Source of the DNA: an uncultured Chloroflexia bacterium
Lineage (GTDB): Bacteria > Chloroflexota > Anaerolineae > Anaerolineales > Villigracilaceae
Length of the DNA stretch: 64,000 nucleotides
Direction: 5' to 3'
Assembly (NCBI GenBank): GCA_963746015.1
Contig: CAVUZS010000012.1
Span: forward strand, 3,924 to 67,923
Each line of letters begins with the position of its first letter. Positions within the stretch are counted from its first letter, which is position 1. Shown here piece by piece: positions 8,681 to 19,927 of this stretch. Both the position numbers and the translations under genes were made by a program. A model generated the notes under the pieces. That model had not been told where the DNA came from and did not search any database. It was given only the letters and a program-made list of their open reading frames with translations.

Positions 8681-10786
8681 TCACTCTTTAGGAATTGCCA
8701 GTGGCAGGACGGCAGTAAATACACTGCCCTGGTTGAGTTCGCTCTGTAATTCGATTCTGCCGTTCATCAATGCGGTGAGTTGGCTCACAATAGCCAGTCC
8801 CAACCCTGACCCTCCGATGGCTTTTTTCCCTTCCACCTGCCTGAACGCCTCGAAAATGGATTCCCTGGCTTCTGCCGGAATGCCCATCCCCGTATCGGAG
8901 ACTTGCATGGCCCAATGGCTTTTATCCACAAGGAAAAACTTAACCTTGACCGACCCCTTTTCGGTAAATTTCATGGCATTAAATACCAGGTTATGCAGGA
9001 TTTGTTTGAGCCAGTATGGGTCAGCATAAATTAGTCCTGGAAGATCAGGGTCGATTTCGGATTCAAATACAAGGCCTTTCTTCTTTGCCATGAATCCTAC
9101 GGCCGATTGAACTCCCTCTATTAGTTCGCCCGGTCGGAATGCGCTTGGCCTGATGACCACACGTCCGGTCTCGAGTTGGGCCTGGCCGATCAGATTATTC
9201 ACAAAAGCAAGTAACCGATTGGCGCTGTCAAGTATTCCGGCAGCCGCGTTTTCCTGTTCAATATTGACGAGACCCAACCTGCCTGTCTGGAGCATTTCAG
9301 AATAGCCCATGATAATTCCCAATGGCGTGCGAAGGTCGTGGCTGACACTTGCAAGCAGTTGCGTCTTCATGCGATTGGCTTGCCGGAGCTGCTCCTCGGC
9401 GAGCTTGCGCTTGGATATGTCTTGTTTAATGGCAATAAAGTTGGTGATAATGCCGCCCGGTTGAACCAGAGGAGTGATCGTCATTTCCTCGTAATACTCG
9501 CGGGTGTCTCTCCGGCGATTGATCAGCTCCCCGCGCCAGACTTTTCCGGAAAGAATGGTCTGCCACAAATTCTGGTAGTATTCCTTCGTCTGCTTCCCCG
9601 AATTCAGGATGCGCGGGTTTTTCCCCAGCGCCTCTTCACGGCTAAAGCCAGTCAAATGGGTAAAGGCGGGGTTGGCCCATTCAATGACCCCCTGTCGATC
9701 CGTGATGACAATTCCGTTTTCGGCTGCCTCCAGGGCAGTCACCTGGAGGAGCATCTGGGCCTGGGCCAGCTTCTGGTCGGTGATGTCGGTCAAAATAGCC
9801 GTGTGACCGTTAACCCGCCCGGCATGATCCAGAATGGGGGCGACCCTTAAGCTGTAAATCCGCCTGCCTGGCCCCTCGCCAAATGCGATCTCGTGATCAA
9901 TCTCAAAAGCAGTTGATGTTTCGCTATTCCACTTTTCCCAGGCTGGCAGGATTTGCTGTATACCCAGGCCGATGACCTGGTCCCCTTGTTTCTGGAGAAT
10001 GCTTTGTGCTGAAGGGTTGATTTCCACCACGCGTCCGTTTGCATCTGCCACAATAACACCATCGCGCATCGCATTGAAAGCCGAACTTTGGGTAATGGGC
10101 AGGATATCCATCAACCCATAGCGGGCAAAACCAATCTCAAATGCGATGACTGTCAGCGTGAAAGCCAGCGGAGTCCAATCAATGCCTGGATTAAGAACGT
10201 AGATGACATTCCCGATCCATGGGATAACCATCCCAACCAACATGATAACGGCCTGGGAACGATAAATGTTATGCCGGCGGACGGCAATCTGGATCAGGAA
10301 GAACATCGCCAGGAGAAGAAGGGCATACGAATAAACTACGTTGATGATATACCAGGGACCATGTCCTACAGTTAAAGGACCTATCAGGGTGACTGGCATT
10401 TGGGTCGTGGACCAAAGCAGGTGGTACCAGTCATTGGTAACTGCCATAAGCAAGGAAATGATAGGGGGTATCAGCAACAAGGCGAAACGGCCACGTGTCA
10501 GCCACTTAGCGCGCCCGCTGTAAATTAATGTAAAAGTGAAAATAGCCAAGGTTACAAATGGAATCCCCAAATATTCCGCCTTTAGCCATGCATTTTTTTC
10601 TATTGGGTTTTCGAGTGCTATCTCGAAAATGTACGTAAACGACCAGATTGCGACACACGCGATTGCCCAAATCAAATGGGGGGCGCCAGGCGTTTTACGA
10701 ATTGTCCACAGCCGGGCGATCAGGTAGCTTGAAACAGCAATGCCAATGATCAGAAAGGCGATGTAGATATAGTAGTACAACATCAA
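8681..10786 (-). CDS. sensor histidine kinase (N-terminal 7TM, PAS domains, HisKA, HATPase_c)
   Basis: 701 aa. About 7 hydrophobic helices in the first 220 aa, PAS-like repeats, H-box SVSHDLRTPLGII, and G2 box GGSGLGLAIV. No adjacent response regulator. Confidence 0.9.
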   Translation of the reverse strand: MMLYYYIYIAFLIIGIAVSSYLIARLWTIRKTPGAPHLIWAIACVAIWSFTYIFEIALENPIEKNAWLKAEYLGIPFVTLAIFTFTLIYSGRAKWLTRGRFALLLIPPIISLLMAVTNDWYHLLWSTTQMPVTLIGPLTVGHGPWYIINVVYSYALLLLAMFFLIQIAVRRHNIYRSQAVIMLVGMVIPWIGNVIYVLNPGIDWTPLAFTLTVIAFEIGFARYGLMDILPITQSSAFNAMRDGVIVADANGRVVEINPSAQSILQKQGDQVIGLGIQQILPAWEKWNSETSTAFEIDHEIAFGEGPGRRIYSLRVAPILDHAGRVNGHTAILTDITDQKLAQAQMLLQVTALEAAENGIVITDRQGVIEWANPAFTHLTGFSREEALGKNPRILNSGKQTKEYYQNLWQTILSGKVWRGELINRRRDTREYYEEMTITPLVQPGGIITNFIAIKQDISKRKLAEEQLRQANRMKTQLLASVSHDLRTPLGIIMGYSEMLQTGRLGLVNIEQENAAAGILDSANRLLAFVNNLIGQAQLETGRVVIRPSAFRPGELIEGVQSAVGFMAKKKGLVFESEIDPDLPGLIYADPYWLKQILHNLVFNAMKFTEKGSVKVKFFLVDKSHWAMQVSDTGMGIPAEARESIFEAFRQVEGKKAIGGSGLGLAIVSQLTALMNGRIELQSELNQGSVFTAVLPLAIPKE

Positions 10787-10888
10787 TGAAAACTCCCGTC
10801 TTCGGTCAAGGTTTACACTTTATTAAACTCTTTCTTTCCAGGCGAGCAACCAATCGTTTCACTATAAGTTTCATTAGCTTTGCGGATT

Positions 10889-11380
10889 TTACCGGATAAA
10901 CGCTTCGGCTTTTCCGACCATAGTGTCACGGATGTGTTCAGCATGGCCGTGGAACAGATCCATCTTCTCGGCCTTGGCGACGGGAAAGAACTTTGCATCT
11001 GTGGTTTCGTTGCTCAGGCCTAATTCTCCTCCGACCAGTTCAACCTCGAAATTAAGAACGATGACGTCGGCTTTATTTCCATCTGGATAGATCGTCAGCC
11101 GGTTTGGGTCACTATAGATACCGGTCAGCCGGACCACACGGACCTGGAGCCCGGTTTCCTCGAAAACCTCGCGCTCGCAGCCCTCGGCAACTGACTCGCC
11201 CGGATCGATCATCCCACCCGGCAGGCACCACTGACCGTTGTCCGTGCGCCGGGTAAGGAGAACCGTCTGGCGTTCCTTATCCAAAAGAACGGCTGAGCAC
11301 CCCAATCGCAACTTGCCCTGTTTACTGATTCGATCGCCATAAACAACTTTAGTGGGATTATTAACGGATGAAGACTGCAT
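10889..11380 (-). CDS. NUDIX hydrolase
   Basis: Nudix box GGMIDPGESVAEGCEREVFEETGL. Confidence 0.85.
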   Translation of the reverse strand: MQSSSVNNPTKVVYGDRISKQGKLRLGCSAVLLDKERQTVLLTRRTDNGQWCLPGGMIDPGESVAEGCEREVFEETGLQVRVVRLTGIYSDPNRLTIYPDGNKADVIVLNFEVELVGGELGLSNETTDAKFFPVAKAEKMDLFHGHAEHIRDTMVGKAEAFIR

Positions 11381-11565
11381 CCTGACCTGCCAATGTAACT
11401 GAGATGAACGCTAGTTCTTGTTGCATCTCCCCATTATACAGGATGTCAGTTCTACGCGAGTGTACCGTTGCGCAGGTCGGCCACCAGTCGCCAGGAATGG
11501 TGGAGCGTTTGGAGTAAATTTGCCTATTCCCCGATGCATCTCTTTCCTGAGATTGGCGGGACGGA

Positions 11566-12048
11566 TTATAAGATGATCTCCAGTTCGATTTCGTCGCGGA
11601 GCGGGATGCCGTCCTCGCCTGTGAGCGGAATTTCTGGTTTAAGCAGGCGGGATTGTTCCAAGGCGTTAATGTGGATGGCTGCGATGACAAAGCCGCGTTT
11701 CTGGTAGAAATGCAGGGCGCGCGTGTTGTCATTGGTGGTGATGAGCCACAATCGCTCGCAGCCTTCCCGCCGGGCAGATAGCTTGACCGCTTCGATGAGT
11801 CCGGTACCGACACCCTGGCTTTCGTTCCAGGAATTGAGTGTGACAATTTCACAGGACGTACCTTCGATGTGGTAGGTGAGCAGCCCAACGGTCTTCTTTT
11901 CAGCCAGTGCCACAAACCCTGGTAGTTCAGCAGGATGGTAGATTGTCTGGTGGACAACTACGCTCTCCGCACCCCAGGAGTCAATAATGCGTTGGGCCAC
12001 CCAGGTGTGGTCGGATATATTCAACGGGCGAATGGTAAATTCCCACAT
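11566..12048 (-). CDS. GNAT family N-acetyltransferase
   Basis: Track ORF 11566..12228. The start at MWEFTIRPL (12048) avoids overlap with the upstream gene. The acetyl-CoA motif is QGVGTGLIEAV...ALHFYQKRGF. Confidence 0.75.
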   Translation of the reverse strand: MWEFTIRPLNISDHTWVAQRIIDSWGAESVVVHQTIYHPAELPGFVALAEKKTVGLLTYHIEGTSCEIVTLNSWNESQGVGTGLIEAVKLSARREGCERLWLITTNDNTRALHFYQKRGFVIAAIHINALEQSRLLKPEIPLTGEDGIPLRDEIELEIIL

Positions 12049-12052
12049 AGGA

Positions 12053-12556
12053 TTACTGTTGCACTTCGATCTTGATAAAGAACGATTCTCCGAACGGAAC
12101 CCCATTTGCATCAAACGCCTGCCATTCGCTGACGTAATCCCCGGGAGCCTGTGGCGCGGTAAAAAGGATGCGCAGGGTAGCCTGCGTCCCGGCGCGCGCC
12201 GGGTAAAGCGCCTGTTCGGCCGATGCACCGAGCGCGTCGCCGGAGATCAGTCGCAGGCGATAGCGTTTATCCCAATTGCAGTCTCCGCTGTTTTGCACCA
12301 GCCATTGCTTATCCGCCGTACTGCCAGGAGCAACAACAGTGCCATCCGGGATGGTTACATCATTAATAAAAACCAGGTTGTCAGTGCAGACGGGCGTTGA
12401 AGTTGGTACAGATGGCAGGATAATGGCTGCCATAGCTGTTGGTTGCACAGGGGTCAAGGTTGGAGAGGCAAGTGGAGTGGGTAATGGATGAAGGGGAATT
12501 GCCTCTCCCGCAACCAGCCAAGCACAAACCAACACACCCCATGAATATGACTTCAA
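12053..12556 (-). CDS. secreted protein with NBR1-like Ig-fold domain
   Basis: Signal peptide MKSYSWGVLVCAWLVAG, then a WLVQNSGDCNWDKRYRLRLISGD...GDYVSEWQAFDANG pattern. Confidence 0.6.
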   Translation of the reverse strand: MKSYSWGVLVCAWLVAGEAIPLHPLPTPLASPTLTPVQPTAMAAIILPSVPTSTPVCTDNLVFINDVTIPDGTVVAPGSTADKQWLVQNSGDCNWDKRYRLRLISGDALGASAEQALYPARAGTQATLRILFTAPQAPGDYVSEWQAFDANGVPFGESFFIKIEVQQ

Positions 12557-12644
12557 AACAGATGGATACGGATCTAGGGAAAAACCGTCGCGTATCCATC
12601 TATATCCTTTGAACGCCAGTGGCTAACGATCAGAATCTTTCCGT

Positions 12645-13694
12645 CTATTCATCCCCACTCGCCTCGTCGTCGCTTTCCTCGCCGATGGCAAGCGGGAGAG
12701 CCACTTCGCCTCCGGTGGCACGTTGGCGGATAATGGCCTCGATTTCATCGGCCAGGGCCGGGTTCTGGCGCAGGAATTCCTTGGAGTTCTCGCGTCCCTG
12801 CCCGAGACGGGTTTCGTTAAAGGAGAAGAAAGCGCCGCGCTTATCCACAATACCAAGCTGGGTGGCCAGGTCAATCAGGTCACCAACTTTGGAGATGCCT
12901 TCGTTGTACATGATATCGAACTCGGCGGTGCGGAAGGGCGGCGCGACTTTGTTCTTGACCACCCGCACACGCGTCCGGTTGCCGACGATTTCCGCTCCAA
13001 TCTTGATGGATTGGATGCGGCGCACATCCAGGCGGACAGAGGCATAGAATTTCAGGGCATTGCCGCCAGTGGTGGTTTCCGGGTTGCCAAACATGACGCC
13101 GATTTTCATGCGCAATTGGTTGGTGAAGATGACGGAGGTCTTGGTCTGGTTGATGGCCCCGGAGAGCTTGCGCAGTGCCTGGGACATCAGACGGGCCATC
13201 GCGCCCATCTGTGCATCACCCATATCGCCTTCGATCTCAGACCTGGGAACCAGCGCGGCGACCGAGTCGATCACCACCAGGTCCACCGCGCCGGAGCGGA
13301 CCAGCGTTTCGGTGATTTCGAGGGCCTGTTCGCCAGTATCGGGTTGGGAGACCAGCAGGTTATCCACATCCACGCCGCATTTGGCTGCATAGACTGGATC
13401 CAGGGCATGTTCCATATCCACATATGCGGCAGTTCCGCCCATCTTCTGGACTTCTGCAACGATATGCTGGCAAATGGTGGTCTTGCCGGACGATTCAGGC
13501 CCATAGATTTCGGTGATGCGACCGCGCGGGATGCCGCCGATGCCAAGGGCCAGATCCAGGGAAAGCGAACCGGTTGGGATGGCGTCAATGGTCATTTTAT
13601 GTGCATCGCCCAGACGCATGATGGAACCATCGCCGTAGCGTTTGACAATATCTCCGACGGCCTTATCAAGCATGGCACGGCGGCCTTCGTCCAT
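12645..13694 (-). CDS. recA: recombinase RecA
   Basis: 349 aa with [12 protein letters not shown] Walker A and RecA-like sequence throughout. A strong SD plus ATG at 13731 (MAKK...) is out of frame across a T6 run (13720-13725), so the true start may be 13731 with an indel error. Confidence 0.97.
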   Translation of the reverse strand: MDEGRRAMLDKAVGDIVKRYGDGSIMRLGDAHKMTIDAIPTGSLSLDLALGIGGIPRGRITEIYGPESSGKTTICQHIVAEVQKMGGTAAYVDMEHALDPVYAAKCGVDVDNLLVSQPDTGEQALEITETLVRSGAVDLVVIDSVAALVPRSEIEGDMGDAQMGAMARLMSQALRKLSGAINQTKTSVIFTNQLRMKIGVMFGNPETTTGGNALKFYASVRLDVRRIQSIKIGAEIVGNRTRVRVVKNKVAPPFRTAEFDIMYNEGISKVGDLIDLATQLGIVDKRGAFFSFNETRLGQGRENSKEFLRQNPALADEIEAIIRQRATGGEVALPLAIGEESDDEASGDE

Positions 13695-13905
13695 CGAATC
13701 ATCTGGAAGCAGAATCAGATTTTTTAGCCATAGTTTTCCTCTCTACATTTTTTATTATTCAGAGTATAGCACAGATGTTCGATGCGTCAAGGGGTTTCGG
13801 GGTCGGCTGTCACGGTACTGGTGGGAGTGGGAGGCATCGAAAAGTTGTACTTGACGAACCCATGGAATGAAAAATATGTCACCTGTCCGGGCAAAATCTG
13901 GATAT

Positions 13906-14929
13906 TTACCGATTATTCGTTCCGTCGTACATAATATTGAGTTCATACACTCCTGCGGGAAGATCACCCAGCGCAACATTTTCGTTGTAATACGAATCGC
14001 TGTGAATGGTAGCATCGCTGGCGTACGTGTACACTTTCCATGTTTTTTCGGTCTGGATGTTCATTAACGGAGACAAGATGATCCTTGAGGGTGGATCCGT
14101 AATCAGCCGTTACCCGGCCAACCAAAACTCCGTATCCTTGGGGAGGCGCCATCCATAGTACCGGGTTGCGCGTAGAGTAAAAACTGTTTTCTCCAAGCCG
14201 AACCTCGAAATGGAGATGCGGCCCGGTGGTGTTCCCTGTGCTGCCCACTTTCCCAATCACAGCGCCTGTATTCACCCATTGACCGACAACCACATCCACC
14301 TCCTCCATATGGGCATAGATGGTGTAGAGTTGCTGATCCTGATAGCCGAAGTCATGCCGGATGGCAACAGCCATTGCCATAAGGATCATTAAGGCTGTCG
14401 GATGAGCCGGTGTAAAGGCCAATTCCAGCCCAGACGACCGTTCCCGGGCCAGCCGCCAGGACATCGGTTCCGCGCGGGGCAGGCAGGTCAACCCCGGTAT
14501 GAATAATATTTGGTCCGAAGAAAACGCCGCCATATGGATAATCCCATTCCGGTTCACCGGGGTAAGCTGCGGCAATTGGGGCGGCAAAGTAGAAATGGTC
14601 GTATGGAGAAAGCGCCCAGGGGATGGGATAGAGTGGCGGACGGTATTCTGCGCCTTGAACCGGAATGACTGTGGGGAAGAATAGTTGCATGGCGCCGGGG
14701 GTTGCGGTGGGGAGAGGGGCAGGCGCTTCGGTCAGAGGGAAGGGCGTCGATGTTTCGACTGGACGTCGTTGCAGTGCTCTCTGGAGTAAAAACGACTGTA
14801 TGGGTGGGTGCGAGGGTGGCAGTTGAGGATGGGAGGATGAAGCTGCGGCGTAGGTACTGGGCTAGCCGTGGGCGCACAACCCGATAAGAGAATCAATGCT
14901 ACCGGCAGGAGCACTCGCAGGCGGTTCAT
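13906..14929 (-). CDS. M23 family metallopeptidase lipoprotein (frame broken several times)
   Basis: Lipobox MNRLRVLLPVALILLSGC (start 14929). HTGVDLPAPRGTDVLAAGPGTVVWAG (ORF 14352..14690). YAHM...GSTGNTTGPHLHFEV (ORF 13964..14587). The C-terminal NIQTEKTWKVYTYASD...LPAGVYELNIMYDG carboxypeptidase-regulatory-like fold is read in a third frame ending at TAA 13906. Confidence 0.8.
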
Positions 14930-16788
14930 GGCGTATTGGTCGGGCGTGAAGTCGGTGTGGAAGTGGGCGTTGGTGAACGGTACCACATTGGCGTGCGCGT
15001 AGGTGTGCGCGTGGGTGGAATAACCATCGTGGGGGTGACCAGGAATTCGGGCGGGTAGAGTTGCAACATGGCGGTGTGCCAATCCAGCCCCTGCGTGAAC
15101 GCCAGTTCGTTGAAGCGCGCCCCGGCATAATATGTGCGCCATTCGGTGAGAGCTGGCAGGCGTTCCCAGCCATATTGAATGGCGAGGGAAGTCAGGTCGA
15201 CCCAGTAACCGGATGGAATGGAGTCTGCCAATCGTCCGCCGTTTTCATAGGCAACGGGGTCACCGGTACGGGCACTAAAATCCCAGGGAACCTGGGTAAG
15301 CGGAGCGCCTTGCGAACCATCCTGGGCGGTGGTGCGCAGGTAGATGCGCCAGTAGGTCTGCTGGCCGAAATCTTCACGGATTATGGCCATCCAACTGGCC
15401 TGAATCTGAGCCGGGTTAAGTGTAAAGGCCCGGCCTGTATACAGCCAGTCCTCGCCCAATCCGGGATCGAGAGGTGTCGTGAGAGGAACATAGGCATTTT
15501 CCAGGCTGGCAAGGGCATCCCAGCCTGTTTCCATGGCAACCTGTGCCCGCAGAGCCTGGAAGGAATTGTATGCAAATTCATTTAGTTGCGGGTAAGGAGC
15601 CTGGACACCCGTCAAGGGGCACCAGTGAAGCGCGCCCGGGCAGGGCATCTGATTGGGGAGTAATCGTTGTGTTGATATAACGCGGCCGGCGTAATTTGCG
15701 CAATCTTCTGGAAGGGACCGGGTAATGCAGCAGTTGTGTTTCCAAAAGTCAGCCCATTGACTGGACCGGGCAGCAGCACTGGCGGCAGGTTGATTGTTCC
15801 GCTGGTGGTATAGCCTGTAAGAAAGGTCTGGTTGGGAGCCGTCAGGCGGGTGGCGAGGTGGCTGTTGTCTTGCCAGACTGGCCAATCCCCGGAACCGGCC
15901 CAGTGCGCCGGGGCGGTGGGATTACTGGCGTCCCAAACGTAGATGCCTGGTCAGACCAGAAGCGGGGTCCGTGGATGCCCAGGCCAATTGATTACCATCC
16001 GGCGACCAGGCGGGGTGCGATTCCACGGTCTGGGGAGATTGGCTGATATTGGTAAACCTCTCATCCCCTGATTTGTCCAGGTCGGCAACCCAGACCTCGG
16101 GTTCGCCGCTCCGGTTTGAAATGAAAGCGATTTGCCTTCCCAGTGGTGACCAGGCCGGGGATGAATTACTGGCAGAATCCTGTGTCAGGGGATATACCTG
16201 TGTGGAATCTGTGACCGAGCGGATAAAAATGCCCAGGTAACCATTTCAATAAGATTCATATGCCAGAAAAGCGCCATCTGGGGACCAGGATGGCGCAGCG
16301 TCATATGCAGGTGTATCCGTCAGCCGGATGGTACTGCCGCTGGCGAGTTCAAGTAAATAGAGGTCCCAATAGCCATTTTTGTTCGAAGAAAAGGCCAGCC
16401 ATTTGCCATCCGGGCTGATTGCAGGGGTAATGTCATCCCAGGCATTTGTGGTGAGTCGAGCCAACGGCAGGGTTTGCGGCGAATATGCAAAAAGGTGAAA
16501 ATGCCCGGCATCCGCCAGGGAAAGAAAAAAAGTACCTTGCGGTGCTGGGACCGTAGCCCCTATTTCTGGTGTGGCGGTAATGATATAAGGTGTCTGGGTG
16601 GGAACTTCGGTGGGAGTCAGACTGGCTGTAGGTGTCGTACTCGGAGGAAGGGGAGTGGAAGTTGGAGTGGGAACAGGTGTAGGCAGCAGTCCGCAGGCGG
16701 AGAGAAAGAGCAGGATGCAGGTTGCGGTATAAAGAATGCGGGATGCGGGTCGTGGGATGCGCGGATGGGTTCTAGAAGGACCGGTCAT
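14926..16788 (-). CDS. PD40/TolB-like beta-propeller lipoprotein with a C-terminal extension (frame broken several times)
   Basis: ORF 16246..16815 has the lipobox LFLSACG and PD40 repeats (SPDGKWLAFSS, SWSPDGAFLAY). Further PD40 repeats (AWSPLGRQIAFISNRSG, AWSPDGNQLAW) can be read in shifted frames across 15886-16245. ORF 14926..15885 supplies the C-terminal domain and a Pro/Thr tail. Confidence 0.7.
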
Positions 16789-16789
16789 T

Positions 16790-17146
16790 TTATTTGGTGG
16801 GAGCAGGTACTTCAACTATAAAAGTGCGCTTGTCTATTTCACCCAGTTCTGGGTAGGATAGACTGGCTGTAAGAGCATATTTTCCGGTGGTGGTACCAGT
16901 CTTCCGGATATGCATGGTCAGTTCCAATTTCCAGCCTACCGGCTCGATGATACTGGCCGATGCGACATCGGTATCGACCGAATCTGTGAGACTAAGTTCG
17001 ATAACAGGTCTTTGCTGGAAGGGGGTCAGATTCAGGACGACCCGCAGGCGTTTCCCGTCCGGGTCAGGCGTGGCCTGCAGGTCCAACAGGCGAGTCTCAG
17101 CGGGAGGGGTTCGCTCGATGTTCGGATCGTTGATAAAGAACTCCAT
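16790..17146 (-). CDS. hypothetical protein (118 aa)
   Basis: ORF track. It abuts the downstream PD40 gene. No motif recognised. Confidence 0.4.
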   Translation of the reverse strand: MEFFINDPNIERTPPAETRLLDLQATPDPDGKRLRVVLNLTPFQQRPVIELSLTDSVDTDVASASIIEPVGWKLELTMHIRKTGTTTGKYALTASLSYPELGEIDKRTFIVEVPAPTK

Positions 17147-17277
17147 GTGGTTATTATAACCAGAAACTTGTTTTCTTACGGCTGGTATAATTCTGACATG
17201 CCTTTAAAATTGACCTGTATTGATGATGCTTATAGAGATTATCAAGTGCAAGGTGTATATATTCCGACGCCTGGAGA

Positions 17278-17832
17278 ATGCGAATGCCTTTTCCTCTAGA
17301 AACAGATCGCCTTTTGTTGCGGCATTTTCGCGACTCTGATTTGGAAGAGTTTCTTGCTTACCGGTCCGACCCGCAAGTCGCGCGGTACCAGGGTTGGAGT
17401 GCGCCTTATGATGCGATGATCGGTCGGGCATTTGTTGATGAGATGAAAAATGCTGTGCCCGGTACGCCCGGTAAATGGTTCCAGGCGGCTATCGAGCTTA
17501 AATCCTTGAAAACGATGCTTGGTGACTGCGCTTTCCAGATTATGGCAGACGAACCGCGCCAGGCATATATTGGTATCACGCTCGCGCACCTGAACTGGGG
17601 AAAGGGCTACGGCGAGGAAGCGTGCCGTTGTTTGTTCAATTACCTCTTCGATGAATTGGACCTACACCGCGTAGTCGCCATATGCGATGTTGAGAACATC
17701 GCCTCGTTTACCCTTCTCAAGCGGCTCGGCTTCCGGCGCGAAGCGCATCTGGTCGAAAATATCTGGTTCAAGGGTGCATGGGGAAGTGAATATCACTATG
17801 CCATGCTAGAACGTGAGTGGAAGAGGACATGA
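17278..17832 (+). CDS. GNAT N-acetyltransferase (RimJ/RimL-like)
   Basis: LETDRLLLRHF...W...NWGKGYGEEA...NIASFTLLKRLGFRRE is the typical Acetyltransf_3 pattern. Confidence 0.8.
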   Translation: MRMPFPLETDRLLLRHFRDSDLEEFLAYRSDPQVARYQGWSAPYDAMIGRAFVDEMKNAVPGTPGKWFQAAIELKSLKTMLGDCAFQIMADEPRQAYIGITLAHLNWGKGYGEEACRCLFNYLFDELDLHRVVAICDVENIASFTLLKRLGFRREAHLVENIWFKGAWGSEYHYAMLEREWKRT

Positions 17833-18882
17833 CCCATCCTGGCGTTTTTTGTAACAATTGTGGACGTGCGTATCCATCAAACGGCGCCCCTTATCATTGT
17901 TCGATTTGCGGTGGGTTATACGATTTTCGCGACGGCGTTGCATTTTGACCCGGCAAGGGTGGAACAATCTCAACCCGGTATCTGGCGCTTTCGGCATACT
18001 TTTGGACTCCCGCCGAACCTTGAGCCGGTCTCGCTTGGCGAAGGGAATACGCCTCTTATTTGGGCGGAAGTTTTTGGCCGGCGGGTTGCTTTCAAGTGCG
18101 AATACCTTAATCCCAGTGGTTCGTTTAAGGACCGCGGTTCCGCGGTCATCACTGCCTGGCTGAGGTCTCATCGTGTAACTTCTGCCATAGAAGATTCCTC
18201 GGGGAACGCCGGGGCTTCCTTTGCGGCCTACGCTGCCCGGGCAGGGATCAAGGCGCGCATATTTGTACCCGAGTCTGCCTCCGGCCCCAAACGCAGGCAG
18301 ATCGAAGCCTATGGTGCAGAGTTGGTATCGATTCCCGGTTCGCGGTCTGACGTTGCCGACGCAGTCAGGAAAGAGGCTGAGAGTGGGGTGCCGTATGCCA
18401 GCCACGCGTATATCCCCTTCAACTTGCCCGGTTATGCCACCGCGGCCTATGAGATTTTTGAACAGGTAGGGAAAATACCTGGCGCAGTTATTGTCCCAGC
18501 CGGGCAGGGTGGATTACTGCTCGGCCTGGCGCGTGGATTTGCGGCTTTACGCGTAGCCAATGGCACAGACCGGATGCCCAGGATGATTGGCGTCCAAGCA
18601 CGTGCGTGCTCCCCGTTGTGGGCCATGTTCACAGCGGGTGGCAAGGGCCTGGGTGTCGTCGCGGATAATGATACACTGGCGGAAGGGGTGCGGGTGCGGC
18701 AGCCTCTGCGGGGCGATGCGGTGCTTGCGGCTGTTGTAGCAAGCCGAGGATCCATGGGTGTTGTTGATGAGAAAGATATCCTGCCGGCACGCGATGCGCT
18801 GGCCCGGCTTGGATTCTATGTCGAGCCAACATCTGCTATTGTTTGGGCAGCACTCTACTCAGATGATGGAGAAATTGCCTGA
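17829..18882 (+). CDS. threonine synthase-like PLP enzyme with N-terminal zinc ribbon (one frameshift)
   Basis: ATG 17829 overlaps the GNAT stop (ATGA). It reads MTHPGVFCNNCGRAYPSNGAPYHCSICGGLYDF and stops at 17946-17948. Removing one T of TTTT (17943-17946) joins it to ORF 17860..18882, which carries the PLP-lysine motif NPSGSFKDRG. Confidence 0.8.
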
Positions 18883-18962
18883 TCCCGTTGTTGTAATTCT
18901 GACCGGTTCTGGCCTCAAGTACGGGTAAAATACGGATAAAATCCTGGCAAAGGACTTGAGCC

Positions 18963-19927
18963 ATGACAGATATTCAATCTTTTGGCAACAAGCTAATAAG
19001 CAACCTTGAAAAGGTCATCGTTGGCAAGCGGCAGACGATTGAGTCAATTGTCGTCGGTCTGCTTTGCCAGGGGCATGTACTGATCGAGGATGTGCCAGGG
19101 GTTGGCAAGACGGTACTGGCGCGCAGCCTGGCGAAATCATTGGGTTGCTCGTTCAACCGTCTCCAGTTCACGCCTGATATGCTCCCCAGTGATGTGACCG
19201 GGGTTTCCATCTATGACCAGTCGAAAGCGTGTCTTTGAATTCCGCCCTGGACCCGTGTTTGCACAGATTGTACTGGTGGATGAAATCAACCGAGCCACGC
19301 CCAAAACTCAGGCGGCATTGCTGGAATCAATGGAAGAGAAACAGGTGACGGTGGATGGCATAACGCACACTTTGCCCAACCCGTTCATGGTTTTGGCAAC
19401 TCAAAACCCAATCGAATATGAAGGCACTTTTCCTTTGCCTGAAGCACAACTGGACCGGTTCCTGTTGCGGGTCCGATTGGGTTATCCAAACCAAGCGGAT
19501 GAAATTGAAATCCTTGATCGCCAGCAATTACGGCACCCGATTGAATCATTGGAAGCTGTTATTGCAGTCGAAGAACTTCAAGGAGGTTATGAAAGAGATC
19601 AAGAAAATCTATGTATCCAAACCGGTCAAACGCTATCTGGTGGATTTGGTAAACCGCACCCGCCAGAGTTCAGATGTGTATCTGGGCGCCAGCCCACGCG
19701 GCAGCCTGGCGCTTTTCCGCACCGGGCAGGCGGTGGCGGCCCTGGCCGGGCGTGATTTTGTCCTGCCAGACGATATTAAGAGCCTGGCAGTGCCGGTATT
19801 GGCGCACCGCGTCATTGTCGGACCGGCTGCCCGCCTGCGAGAGTTGAGCGCTGAGAAGATCGTAGAAGAAATATTGGAGAACCTGCCTGTCCCTGGTGGA
19901 GATTACCAGGCTCCTCGTAGCATATGA
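18963..19927 (+). CDS. MoxR-like AAA+ ATPase (two frameshifts)
   Basis: Three overlapping ORFs (18963..19238, 19213..19755, 19418..19927) together read EDVPGVGKT (Walker A), VLVDEINRA (Walker B), [22 protein letters not shown] and the C-terminal lid. Confidence 0.88.
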